A stretch of 64,000 nt of DNA from Bdellovibrionota bacterium (GCA_050950765.1 JBMNIF010000001.1:384001-448000), one strand, 5' to 3'. Positions 1 through 11,596 are shown, counted from the stretch's first letter. The notes: a model not told the origin generated them from the sequence alone. Program-made: numbers and translations.

Positions 1-1
1 A

Positions 2-145
2 TCTTCAATTATCTGGATTAAGCGTAACAGGCGGAATGATGATCCATATTTAGAAGAGCGCCTTTTGCAGAAGAAGATTAATTCAGTGCCGATTATGAGC
101 GACGATTTGCCGATTACAATTCCGGGGACTGAGGGGACTGAGTAG
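2..145 (+). CDS. 3' end of a gene entering from the left (…SSIIWIKR…IPGTEGTE*), function unknown
   Basis: Frame 2 open from window start to TAG at 143-145. Confidence 0.6.
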   Translation, partial: SSIIWIKRNRRNDDPYLEERLLQKKINSVPIMSDDLPITIPGTEGTE

Positions 146-506
146 AGAAGAACCGAAAGGGGTGTGTAAGGTGTTTAAGTGTTTTTTTGTACTGGTCAAT
201 CTGTTTTGTTTAACGTCGTTGGCGTTAGCTGATGCTAAAGATCGTGATGTGTCATTAGTTGTTAGAATGATTAAAGCCAGTGGGGTTATGGAGAAAAAAT
301 CAGTGTCGTTCATGAGTGGATATTTACCGATTGCGATTCTGGGGACTGAGTAGAGAAGAACCGAAAGGGGTGTGTAAGGTGTTTAAGTGTTTTTTTGTAC
401 TGGTCAATCTGTTTTGTTTAACGTCGTTGGCGTTAGCTGATGCTGAAGATCGTGATGTGTCATTAGTTGTTAGAATGATTAAAGCCAGTGGGGTTATGGA
501 GAAAAA
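83..506 (+). repeat. Tandem duplication, period ~208 bp (end of upstream gene plus start of next gene)
   Basis: 133-298 nearly identical to 341-506; 83-132 is a diverged match to 300-350. Confidence 0.9.
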
Positions 507-846
507 TAGAGATCACCACTCTGCTCCTGAGATAGATGCACGCCTTGATGATATAAAGATAAATTTGGAGCAGTTGCCGTACAGGAAGTTCTCTTTTATT
601 TCTACAATTGAGGTTCCTGTGGCTATGCGAAAACGAAAAACGATTCGTTTACTAGGGGCTAATGTTTTGGATGTTAGGCTTCTTTATATTGATAAAGATA
701 AAACGGGGATGTGGGTGCAGTGGTCAGATAAGGAAGGATCTGAAGTGCTGGATTCGAGGCTGCATTTTTATAGCGGGGAGTCCGTAGTAGTCGGAACCGA
801 TGCCACAGATGACGCTGCTTACATTTTGGCATTAGGAATAAAATAA
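370..846 (+). CDS. Hypothetical exported protein
   Basis: ORF 316..846; likely GTG start at 370 followed by signal-peptide-like segment. Confidence 0.7.
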   Translation: MCKVFKCFFVLVNLFCLTSLALADAEDRDVSLVVRMIKASGVMEKNRDHHSAPEIDARLDDIKINLEQLPYRKFSFISTIEVPVAMRKRKTIRLLGANVLDVRLLYIDKDKTGMWVQWSDKEGSEVLDSRLHFYSGESVVVGTDATDDAAYILALGIK

Positions 847-969
847 AAGTTTGTCCTTGGTCGTTAAAGACCTAGCTGATCCTCTCTGCAATTCAGCCCG
901 CTCAATTGTCCCTGAAGGGCTGGTAGCTTAATTGTAAGAAGATAAAAATGATTTTTTTGCTAAAAACCC

Positions 970-996
970 TAAAGCAATTCTCTAAAATGCCGTTAG
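970..996 (+). promoter_or_regulatory. Sigma28 (FliA)-type promoter
   Basis: TAAA-N15-GCCGTTAG versus consensus TAAA-N15-GCCGATAA. Confidence 0.6.
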
Positions 997-1004
997 CTAT
1001 ATTT

Positions 1005-1296
1005 AGAAGGGGGATTTCTCCCTTACCGGGAAAGGGCGTTTACAACGCTCAGGCAAGGCGGTCGTGCGGTCTTTAGTACGGGCGTGCTTCTTTAGTCTGA
1101 CGGTCTTCCGTTAAGAGTTAATGATGCAACGAGTTTGTATCAGGAGCTATTCGATAGTCTCTCCGGTAGGTTGAGCGTTGAAGGCGGGAGTAAAACGGTG
1201 CACGGGCTTTATTGTAATGCATTAAGTTGGGTGCAACGTGTTAGGCGGAGAAAGGGGCATTGCATGTTGAGAACGTACGGTCGCCTGCTTTTTTTG
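1005..1296 (+). ncRNA. Candidate structured non-coding RNA, family unknown
   Basis: GC-rich island without long ORF, several hairpins, long-range pairing 1057-1068/1274-1285, ends in T7 run. Confidence 0.45.
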
Positions 1297-1494
1297 TAGC
1301 TAAATCTTCGAAATGCTTGAATAATAAATTTTTACCGACGATTTTTTATGTTACTTAATTTATAAAGTAACATTCCAGTAAGAGTCTCCAATTAAAAAAT
1401 TAATAATTAAATTTCTGTCACCTTAATTATTATCGGATGGGTCTAGTTTTTCGTTGTCAACAAGGGTCAATAAAAATAAAAATAGTTTGAGAGG

Positions 1495-2160
1495 AATTGG
1501 TGCCACCCTTCAGTGGCTGGGATGGTGTTAGAAAAAGAAAAGAAGGGTGGCACCAGTTTTTTAACCTCCATAGAGACCTAACCGATCCCGCTTTTTACTT
1601 GCAGCCCGTCCTAGTGTCCCTGAAGGGTGGCACCAGTGAGCAGGGCTAAAGGTGGGTGTCCTAATTGGGGTTTAAAGGCTACAAGAAGGGTGGCACCAGA
1701 TCTAGCTAGCCGAATTTTGGTTTTTTGTTTGAATTTAGCATGTTAGAAGTTAAGTTGTTGAAATATAAGGGGAGGCTCTAAGACTGACGAGAATGTAATG
1801 AAGGGTGGCACCAGATTTTTAACCCCCGTACGAATCTAGCTGATCCCGCTTTTTAGTTGCAGCCCGTCCTAGTGTCCCTGAAGGGTGGCACCAGTGACAA
1901 GCCAGTGGACAGGGCTAAAGATGGGTGTCCTAATTGGGGTTATGAAGGGTGGCACCAGATCCGGTCACCAGATTCAGCTAGCCGAGTTTTGGTGTTTTTA
2001 AAGTTAAGGTATTGAAATATAAGGGGAAGTTTTAAGACAGATGAGAATGTAATAAAGGGTGGCACCAGTTTTTTAACCCCCGTAGAGACCTAACCAATTC
2101 GTTTTGCAGTTGCAGCCCGTCCGATCGTCCCTGAAGGGTGGGGGTAGTGACAGGGTTAAA
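1495..2160. repeat. Mosaic REP/BIME-like cluster 1
   Basis: ~8 GAAGGGTGGCACCA cores (first two inverted), 2 GGGTGTCC cores, re-used modules. Confidence 0.9.
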
Positions 2161-2220
2161 TTTGTACAGCGGCGGAACTGATTAGTTGTGTACCGGAACT
2201 TTTGTTGGCAAACGGCATTA

Positions 2221-2236
2221 TGGCACGGTGTTTGCT
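2221..2236 (+). promoter_or_regulatory. Sigma54 promoter upstream of Flp pilins
   Basis: TGGCACG-N4-TTGCT, exact -24/-12 consensus. Confidence 0.7.
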
Positions 2237-2740
2237 ACAACAGTAAATTGTAATTTGCTGGTGGTTGATGCTTTTAGCGGAAGCTACTTGGCAAAAGAGG
2301 CAAATATCTTTGTAAGAGAAGAAAGATGCCTTTTTAGAGATGGTGTTTTATTGAGTGGGTGACTTCTTATAATTATTAGCGAAGTGTCAATAAAAATGAG
2401 TCGTTTGCTCTTTAAATTTCATCTTTATAACGCACGGGCGGCTCCTAAATATTCATCTGAATATATGTAGGGGGTTTTTAGCTGCTTACTTACGGTTGTT
2501 TGTGTTGTGATGCTTCTCTGTTTTTAGGAAGATTTTTATTAAGTTCTTAATAAAAATATCCGTTGTACAGAGGTGCTGATGATGCTAAACAACTTAGCAA
2601 AGTTAAAGATTTTTCTACTTATGAAGTTTTGTTGTGTCGCAGATGATTGTTTTTTTAGATTGGTTTTCACTCTTAAAAAACAATATTTTGGTGTTTCGTT
2701 TGTGTTTTATCCTAAAAATTAATTTTTTGGAGGTTTAGTT

Positions 2741-2959
2741 ATGTCTGAGAATAAAATGATTGAAGAGCTTCTGGAAGTTCAGGAAGAGAAAAGAGAGAAG
2801 GGTGCTACTATGGTTGAGTATGCAATTATGGTTATCGTTATCTTCGTAATTGTGTATGGTGGAATGAAATTTTTTGGAACGAGTATGAGTGCAACGTATT
2901 CTCAAGCTGGTACAACCCTTGAAACAGGTAAAAATCAAATCGCGAGTGTTACATTTTAA
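2741..2959 (+). CDS. flp: Flp family type IVb pilin
   Basis: KG|ATMVEYA cleavage/Flp motif, hydrophobic helix, GGAGG SD. Confidence 0.9.
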   Translation: MSENKMIEELLEVQEEKREKGATMVEYAIMVIVIFVIVYGGMKFFGTSMSATYSQAGTTLETGKNQIASVTF

Positions 2960-3118
2960 ATTTTATAGCAAGGCTGCTTTCTTAATGAAAGCAGTCAATT
3001 TTTTATGCAGAGGGGATATCTATTATCCTCTTTGCTATCTCTAGTGATAATGCTTTTGTGTTAATAGTAGCGCTCTACTCTGGTTGCTTTTATTTTGATT
3101 TATATTGAGGGAAGCTAG

Positions 3119-3322
3119 ATGCTTGAAGAAGATAAGGTTAAAGATTTGGAAAGTTGCAAAAAAACACGCGGCGCGACTATGGTCGAGTACGCTGTAATGG
3201 TGATTATAATTTTTGTAGTTGTCTTTGCTGGTGTTAAGTTTTTTGGACAGAACTTAAGTGGACTCTTTAGTGCTTACGGACAAAAATTGGGAGAAGCAAA
3301 AGATGCTGTTAGTAAAACGTGA
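3119..3322 (+). CDS. flp: Flp family type IVb pilin (paralog)
   Basis: RG|ATMVEYA motif. Confidence 0.9.
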   Translation: MLEEDKVKDLESCKKTRGATMVEYAVMVIIIFVVVFAGVKFFGQNLSGLFSAYGQKLGEAKDAVSKT

Positions 3323-3661
3323 TTGTGTTAAAATGTTATAATCAAGTCTTGAACTATCGCTTAGTAAGGGGGTGTGTCTCTTTTACTAAGCTTTGCTCTG
3401 TGCTTTAAAAACTCGTGTAACCCTTAAAAAAACAGTACTACAGAAGGTAGAGTGTTTTATCTGTAATGTTTTCTGTTCCCTTGCTTAATTTATTTATTGT
3501 CTCATGCTTAAATTCTTAAGCGTTTTTATAACCCGAGCAGCTTTTTTAAATTGCTAGAAACTGTTTGCTAAGTTCACTCTATAAGTGATTAGTTTTTATG
3601 AATAAAAAAATCTTAAAAGTGTTAAAGATACAGCTTGACAGTATTTTTATCAAAGGTAACC

Positions 3662-5192
<1,531 letters not shown>

Positions 5193-5760
5193 GAAGATAA
5201 ATTTTAGGGTGGAGAATAATAAATTTCTCGTTGTCGTGTTGTTGTTTTACAAAAAATCTTAATGGACTTATTTTCGCTTTAGCTGGTTTTAGCAGCTGTT
5301 TTTTTAGCCTAAACTTTCCCCCTCTACGTATGTTAAGAGGTGATATTATTAATAAGACGCAACTTATTCCTTTCTCTAGATATTTTGCTGCATAATCAGG
5401 GGTAGTTTGTGTTCTTTCTCATACCTAAAAATACGTATATCAAGGCAGTAAAAAAGTTAGCCCTTTTTTTGTTAATTTTAAAAAAAATTCTATCGGTTAT
5501 AACAATATTGCTACTTTATAATTATGCAAATCACAGAAAAGTTTGGGTTTTAGAGGTTTAAAAAAATGTCCGCTCCTAAATCGGCTCAGGGCGTGGCGGG
5601 GATAGGTAGGCATAGTTATTCAAGTGCTCTTTTTTCTTCTTCAAAAAGAGGGATTTTTTGGAAAAAAGAGGATATTTTATAGTTATTGTGCTTGGTTTAT
5701 TGACCTTTTTTAGGGGATTTGATACTAAGTGCCATCCATTACTATTAGAGTTGATGGTAT

Positions 5761-5837
<77 letters not shown>

Positions 5838-5955
5838 GTTTTGACAGCCGTTTATCTTTATAGGCGTTTATGTTTATGGGAGTTGCCTCATTTGCATAGG
5901 GTGCGCGAGGTGATATATATCGGCTTGTAGATTTATTTATTTATTAAGGTGTAAA

Positions 5956-6156
5956 ATGCCTAAAATTAAAACAAATCGCCTTGCTCATAAGAAGTATAGG
6001 GTGAATCCAAACGGATTTGTAAAAAGAAAACAGGCCAATAAGAGTCATAACACGGCGAAGAAGACACCAAAGAGAAAAAGGAATCTTCGTGGTTGGGTCG
6101 CAGTTCAGAAGGCTGATAAAGGTGCCGTAAAGAGACTTTTGCCGTACGCTTGGTAG
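5956..6156 (+). CDS. rpmI: 50S ribosomal protein L35
   Basis: MPKIKTN…KRLLPY, precedes rplT. Confidence 0.95.
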   Translation: MPKIKTNRLAHKKYRVNPNGFVKRKQANKSHNTAKKTPKRKRNLRGWVAVQKADKGAVKRLLPYAW

Positions 6157-6192
6157 TCGTTCGGTCGTAAATTTTAACGGGAGATATTACAG

Positions 6193-6546
6193 ATGAGAGT
6201 TAAAGGTGGTGTTGTAACAAGAAGGCGGCATAATAAAGCTCGTCGTTTAGCGCGCGGTTTTTTGGGACGTCGTAAAAATTGTTATACGTTTGTTAAGCAA
6301 GCTGTCGAAAAATCAATGCAGGATGCTTTTGTCGGACGTCGTCAAAAGAAACGCGACTTTCGTCAGTTGTGGATCGTGCGTATCGGTGCTGCTGCACGTT
6401 TGACTGGCTTGAGTTATAGCAAGTTTATGTGTGGCTTGAGGCGTGCGGAGATCTCTTTGGATCGCAAGAGCTTAGCCGATCTCGCTTTAAGAGATCCTGC
6501 TGCTTTTGCTAAGATTGCAGAGAAAGCTAAGGCTGCTTTAGAGTAG
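6193..6546 (+). CDS. rplT: 50S ribosomal protein L20
   Basis: [29 protein letters not shown]. Confidence 0.97.
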   Translation: MRVKGGVVTRRRHNKARRLARGFLGRRKNCYTFVKQAVEKSMQDAFVGRRQKKRDFRQLWIVRIGAAARLTGLSYSKFMCGLRRAEISLDRKSLADLALRDPAAFAKIAEKAKAALE

Positions 6547-6572
6547 GCTATCAATGTATAAGTATAACTGAT

Positions 6573-6611
6573 AATATCCGTAGTCGGTTTTGATATCGGC
6601 TGCGGATATTT
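6573..6611 (+). terminator. Hairpin after rplT
   Basis: AATATCCGTAGTCG…CGGCTGCGGATATT. Confidence 0.6.
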
Positions 6612-6735
6612 AGTATCTAGAGGTGCTTGATGTGTTTAGCTTATTGAAGCTACCAATAAATACCTCCCCATTCGATTCTAAAGTCAGTTAAGCTAAAGTC
6701 AGGTAAAAGACAGTTTCACTTTTTTATTCTACTCA

Positions 6736-7242
6736 ATGGTGCCGCTTATGGCTGAAGCGTTGCTTTCCATATCTTTTTTGGATCTTAATGCTGCCGATAG
6801 GATGCAAGAGATAGAGGCAGCTTCTGGTGCTCCGAGCCCTTGGAGTAAACAACTTTTTTTAAATGAGTTTTTAAATACCACATCAAAGATCTATGGTGCT
6901 GCACTAGAAGGTGTTGGAGTTGTTGGGTTTTTAATCGTACATCTTGTTTTAGATGAGGCAGATATCTCTAATTTTGCGGTGTTATCACAATTTCAGGGGC
7001 GTGGTATCGGACGCGCTTTGTTGCAAAAAATGATAGATGACGTTCGTGAGGGTGGTGCTAAGGTTGTTACTTTGGAAGTTCGTGAAAATAATATAAGTGC
7101 AAGGCATCTTTATGAGAGTCTTGGATTTGAGGTCGTTTCAGTCAGAAAAGGGTATTACACAGATACAGGCGAAGCAGCTATCTTAATGAATCTTACCTTA
7201 TCAGAGAGTTTTTACATTCACAAAAAAGACACCCACTTTTAG
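6736..7242 (+). CDS. rimI: Ribosomal-protein-alanine N-acetyltransferase
   Basis: GNAT: QGRGIGRALL, LEVRENN, RKGYY. Confidence 0.92.
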   Translation: MVPLMAEALLSISFLDLNAADRMQEIEAASGAPSPWSKQLFLNEFLNTTSKIYGAALEGVGVVGFLIVHLVLDEADISNFAVLSQFQGRGIGRALLQKMIDDVREGGAKVVTLEVRENNISARHLYESLGFEVVSVRKGYYTDTGEAAILMNLTLSESFYIHKKDTHF

Positions 7243-8035
7243 TCGGTTTTAGTGCCACCCACCAGTAAGACGTGATCTGGCGGAAAACTGGTGCCACCCT
7301 TCAGGGACGATCGGACGGGCTGCGACGGCAAAACGAGTCAGCTGGGTCTGTACGGAGGGAATTTACTACCACTCACTAGGGACGATTGAGCGGGCTGATA
7401 TTAAAAAGAAAGTTAGTTAGGTTTTCACGGAGGTCAAAAATTTGGTGCCACCCTTCAGTGCAGATTTTAGCTTAAAGGGATGAAGTCTTTAAAATCAATA
7501 TGTTAGCATTTAACTGAAAGTGGCTAGTTTTGGTGCCACCCACTAGGGACAGCACTCCTTCAGGGACAGCTGAACGGGCTGAAGCTGCAAAGCGGATCGG
7601 CTAGATCTTTACGGGGGTAAAAAGTGGGTGTCCTAATTGGCAGCAGGGCTTTGGAGTTGGTGCCACCCTTCAGTGCAGATTTTAGCTTAAAGGGATGAAG
7701 TCTTTAAAATCAATATGTTAGCATTTAACTGAAAGTGGCTGGTTTTGGTGCCACCCACCAGTAAGACGCGGAGGGAATTTACTACCACCCACTAGGGACG
7801 ATTGAGCGGGCTGATATTAAAAAGAAAGTTAGTTAGGTTTTCACGGGGGTCAAAAATTTGGTGCCACCCTTCAGTGCAGATTTTAGTTTAAAAGGATGAA
7901 GTCTTTAAAATCAATATGTTAGCATTTAACTGAAAGTGGCTAGTTTTGGTGCCACCCTTCAGGGACGGCTCTTCAAGGACGGTTGGACGGGCTGCAACTG
8001 CAGACGAGTCGATTAGGTCTGTACGGAGGAAGGGG
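7221..8035. repeat. Mosaic REP/BIME-like cluster 2
   Basis: ~8 GGTGCCACCC cores, three near-identical ~88 bp modules containing AATCAATATGTTA. Confidence 0.9.
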
Positions 8036-8331
8036 CTCCGTCAGGTATGGGTGAAGTTAGCTATATTTAATGAATCTTGCCTTATCACCATAGGTTGACT
8101 ATGCTACCCCGCCTTCGTGTCGTTTGCCCAAAATAGTTCAATTTGCTATACTCCCTTCAGCTGAAGGGAGCGTTGAAGTGATTCTTTTATGTATTTCAAC
8201 GGGGAGATTCCCATCAACGGTGCTAGTCTAAATTTTCTCCTTGTCCAGTTAGTCAATGATAGATGTGCTTACCGCAAGGCGAACATCTTATTGTTACTTT
8301 ATCTCGGATTTGGAATATCAGCAGGAGCAGA

Positions 8332-9012
8332 ATGAGTACAAAATCCTCTATAAAGCCGCAAACAAAAAGTGCGTTAACTGCCTCCGTGAGAAATATCATC
8401 ACGAAAGCCAATAGTAAAAAAAGAAATGGGATCGCTGCCAAGAAGGTTGCAGCTAAGGCAACCAAAACTAACGGCACCGTCGTCCCGATGTGTAGACCTA
8501 TTGTGCAACAAACGGCGGTCGATTTTAAAGCCGGTGATATGGTTGTTTATCCTGGTCATGGTGTCGGAAAGATAACTTCTTTAGCTGTTTCAAAGATAGG
8601 CGGCACAGAGCATAAATTTTTTGAGATCTCTTTTGGTGAAGATTCCAGTAGCAAGGGGATGATTATTAAAGTTCCTGTGGCGCAAGCGCAGACCGTCGGG
8701 TTGAGACGTATTGCCGATAAAAAGGCGATAGACCAAGTTTATAATATACTGAAAGACCGTAAGTGTAAGGTCGATACTCAAACGTGGAATAGAAGGTTCC
8801 GTGAGTATTCACAAAAAATTAAAACAGGATCTGTGTTTGAGATTGCAGAAGTTTTGAGAGACCTTTCGGTGTTGAGTAGTGATAAAGAGCTTTCTTTCGG
8901 TGAAAAGAGGATGCTTGATACGGCGCAAAATCTCCTTGTAACGGAGATATCTGTTGCTAAATCAAAAACTCAAGAGAAGGTTATCGGCGAAATTCAGGCT
9001 CTCTTTGCTTGA
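8332..9012 (+). CDS. carD: CarD/CdnL family RNA polymerase-binding regulator
   Basis: GDMVVYPGHGVG, TWNRRFREY, GSVFEIAEVLRDL, LSFGEKRML; AGGAG SD before ATG 8332. Confidence 0.93.
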   Translation: MSTKSSIKPQTKSALTASVRNIITKANSKKRNGIAAKKVAAKATKTNGTVVPMCRPIVQQTAVDFKAGDMVVYPGHGVGKITSLAVSKIGGTEHKFFEISFGEDSSSKGMIIKVPVAQAQTVGLRRIADKKAIDQVYNILKDRKCKVDTQTWNRRFREYSQKIKTGSVFEIAEVLRDLSVLSSDKELSFGEKRMLDTAQNLLVTEISVAKSKTQEKVIGEIQALFA

Positions 9013-9055
9013 GTTATATAGAAAAAAGGCTCTAATCAAATTTAAAAGATTATCT

Positions 9056-9097
9056 AAAAAAGTGATGGCTGCTAAGGGTGTGGTCATCACTTTTTTT
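9056..9097 (+). terminator. Intrinsic terminator after carD
   Basis: AGTGATGGC…GTCATCACT plus T run. Confidence 0.75.
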
Positions 9098-9132
9098 GTG
9101 TAATAATTAAACCTTTTTTAAGTAATATTTGA

Positions 9133-9822
9133 ATGATTCCTGTGCATGTGATTATACCAGCTGCAGGGAGCGGCTCCAGAATTGGTGCTGATCTTCCTAA
9201 ACTGCTACTGCCGTTAGCAGGGGTGCCTATCATCGTCAGGACGGTTAGATCTGTTTTGCAGTGCGCAGATGTTACAGATGTAATTGTTACGGCTCCAGCT
9301 GGCTACGAAGGTCATTATCGGAATTTATTACAAAAAGAAAAGGTGCAGGTCGTTACGGGCGGAGCTTCACGCACGGAGTCAGTTTTTATAGCGTTACAAC
9401 ACCTTGCTAAAAATATTAAAGACCCTGAAAAAGAGTTGGTGATGGTGCACGATGGGGCGAGGTGTTTTATCTCGTTGGATATTATAGAGAGGTCTCTCGC
9501 GGCAGCTTCTGAAAAAAAAGCCGTAACCGTAGCCGTTCCTGTGATAGATAGTATAAAAAAGGTCATAGATACTGCTCAAGTTGTAGAATCGTTAGATCGT
9601 TCAACTTTAGTAGCGGTACAAACGCCGCAAGTTTTCACCTTTAATCTTTTAATGCGTGCACACCTTAAACAACAAGAGTCAGGTTCACCCGCAACTGATG
9701 ATGCTTCTCTTGTAGAGTCAATACATCCAGTTTTTACAGTCGAAGGAGATAGAAAAAATTTCAAGGTCACAACTCCTTTTGATCTGCAGATAGCAGAGTT
9801 TTTAGCTGCTCCCAATAAATAA
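9133..9822 (+). CDS. ispD: 2-C-methyl-D-erythritol 4-phosphate cytidylyltransferase
   Basis: PAAGSGSR, VHDGAR, VQTPQ, TDDAS, KVTT. Confidence 0.95.
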   Translation: MIPVHVIIPAAGSGSRIGADLPKLLLPLAGVPIIVRTVRSVLQCADVTDVIVTAPAGYEGHYRNLLQKEKVQVVTGGASRTESVFIALQHLAKNIKDPEKELVMVHDGARCFISLDIIERSLAAASEKKAVTVAVPVIDSIKKVIDTAQVVESLDRSTLVAVQTPQVFTFNLLMRAHLKQQESGSPATDDASLVESIHPVFTVEGDRKNFKVTTPFDLQIAEFLAAPNK

Positions 9823-9980
9823 TCACTATCTGCTAAAGATAAAGGAGGCAATAAAAGGGGCACTCTGCCCTTAAATTCATGATATTATCTTACTTTTTTA
9901 ATTCATTTATCGGTATTATTTAACATAAGGTAAGATCTAAGAGAGAGTAATAAGAGGTGTAGTGTCATTTTTTATTAAAA

Positions 9981-10143
9981 GTGGTAAAAAGAATGTTTTT
10001 TACCTACGACCTTAAGCGTAAACGAGTTGAAACTGTTTGCACTACTATTGTGTGGTGTGGGTGGTAAAAAGAATGTTTTTTACCTACGACTTTAAGCGGT
10101 AAACGTCTTGAGACTGTTTGCACTACTATTGCGTAGTGTGGGT
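9981..10143 (+). repeat. Tandem ~80 bp duplication upstream of glycosylation operon
   Basis: GTGGTAAAAAGAATGTTTTTTACCTACGAC… at 9981 and 10061. Confidence 0.9.
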
Positions 10144-10195
10144 GAGATAGAAAAAATATTTTTACTTAAAGCTTAGAAGTGAGAGGCGAGATTTC

Positions 10196-11584
10196 ATGAC
10201 TACAAACGAGATACCGGATATCGCAGCAGTGATGGCAGAGATCAGGCAACGTGTCAGATCAGATGTTGCAGCGAACAGAGATACCCAAAAGCCGTTTCAA
10301 GGGACTGCTGCTGATTTTCACGCCACACGCAAAGCCGGAGAAATTTTACACTCTGAAGAATTACGTTATCTTAATACTAATTACGCTTATGGACCGCGCT
10401 TAAATCTTGACGCTATTACCTCCCATCGTCCTGGCTTGATCGGTAAGGTCATCGTAAAATGCAAACGAAAGCTGCTCTCAATGATCTGGGATCTGTTAAA
10501 AGACTATTTTACAGCAGAACGAGATTTTCAAGCTAATCTGGTACGTTTGCTTAACGATTTTACTAAATACGTTGATGCACGAGATGCGGCTAACTTTTGG
10601 GAGCTGATACGAAAGTTGGATTATGATATCGCAAAGGTTTCAGATCGCGTTGAAAGAATAGGAGATGAGCAGGTAGCATCTCTGAGATCTTCCGAAAGAG
10701 ATCTTTGTGATGCTTTTAATGCTCAACTAGGAGAGCAACAACAAAAGCTTGAACGCTTAACGGGTGGATATAGTGCTAAGATCGCAACTTTAGAAAATGT
10801 CACTAGCGGCATCGAAAGTATCTTAGCGCGTTGTGGTAAAAAACAACCTGCTATAATTACACCTCCTGAATCTGAAGAAGGTACCGAAAGAACAGATTTA
10901 TCATATCTTCTGCTTGAAAATCGCTCTCGTGGAAGCGAAGACGAAATCTCGGAACGCTTGAAAATTTATCCGCCACTTTTTTCTAAAGCTACATCCGAAG
11001 TGCTCGATATCGGTTCAGGTAGAGGGGAGCTCTTGGATCTCTTCAAGCAAAATAACATCCCCGCTTATGGTGTTGATCTAGATCCCGCTATGGTAGAAAC
11101 TTGCGCAGCTAAAGGGCACAAAGTTTTTTGCGGTGATGCTATTAAGCATTTACGAGCTTTAAAAGATGCCTCACTCTCCGGTGTTATCGCAATTCAAGTT
11201 GTGGAGCACTTAACTCGTGAACAGTTGGAAGAGCTCTTTACGTTATGCGCTAAAAAAGTACAGAAAGGTGGTAAAGTCGTCTTTGAAACTATTAACCCGT
11301 GCTCTTTAGTGGCGCTTTCCTCTAATTTCTATCGTGATTTAACACACGTTTGGCCACTACATCCTGATACACTTAGTTATGCTATGCAGATGTCCGGCTT
11401 AAAAAATGCTGAGATCCGTTATCTGTCGCCAGTGCCTGAGGAGGCGCAGCTACATCACATCCCCGTAGAAAGTTATATGACGCCACACTTTGCGCATACC
11501 GTTAACCTCTTTAATGACAATATCTCACGGATCAACGCCCTCTTATTCGGGCATCAAGATTATTGCGTTATTGCAGAAGCGTAG
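10196..11584 (+). CDS. Class I SAM-dependent methyltransferase with N-terminal coiled coil (polysaccharide-associated)
   Basis: LDIGSGRGE, QVVEHL, ETINP, DLTH. Confidence 0.85.
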   Translation: MTTNEIPDIAAVMAEIRQRVRSDVAANRDTQKPFQGTAADFHATRKAGEILHSEELRYLNTNYAYGPRLNLDAITSHRPGLIGKVIVKCKRKLLSMIWDLLKDYFTAERDFQANLVRLLNDFTKYVDARDAANFWELIRKLDYDIAKVSDRVERIGDEQVASLRSSERDLCDAFNAQLGEQQQKLERLTGGYSAKIATLENVTSGIESILARCGKKQPAIITPPESEEGTERTDLSYLLLENRSRGSEDEISERLKIYPPLFSKATSEVLDIGSGRGELLDLFKQNNIPAYGVDLDPAMVETCAAKGHKVFCGDAIKHLRALKDASLSGVIAIQVVEHLTREQLEELFTLCAKKVQKGGKVVFETINPCSLVALSSNFYRDLTHVWPLHPDTLSYAMQMSGLKNAEIRYLSPVPEEAQLHHIPVESYMTPHFAHTVNLFNDNISRINALLFGHQDYCVIAEA

Positions 11585-11596
11585 GAGGGAAGGTAA

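Noticed and set aside
2290..2335. c-di-GMP-I riboswitch before pilins
   Set aside because: GGCAAA present but the conserved GACGCAAAG/second stem is absent
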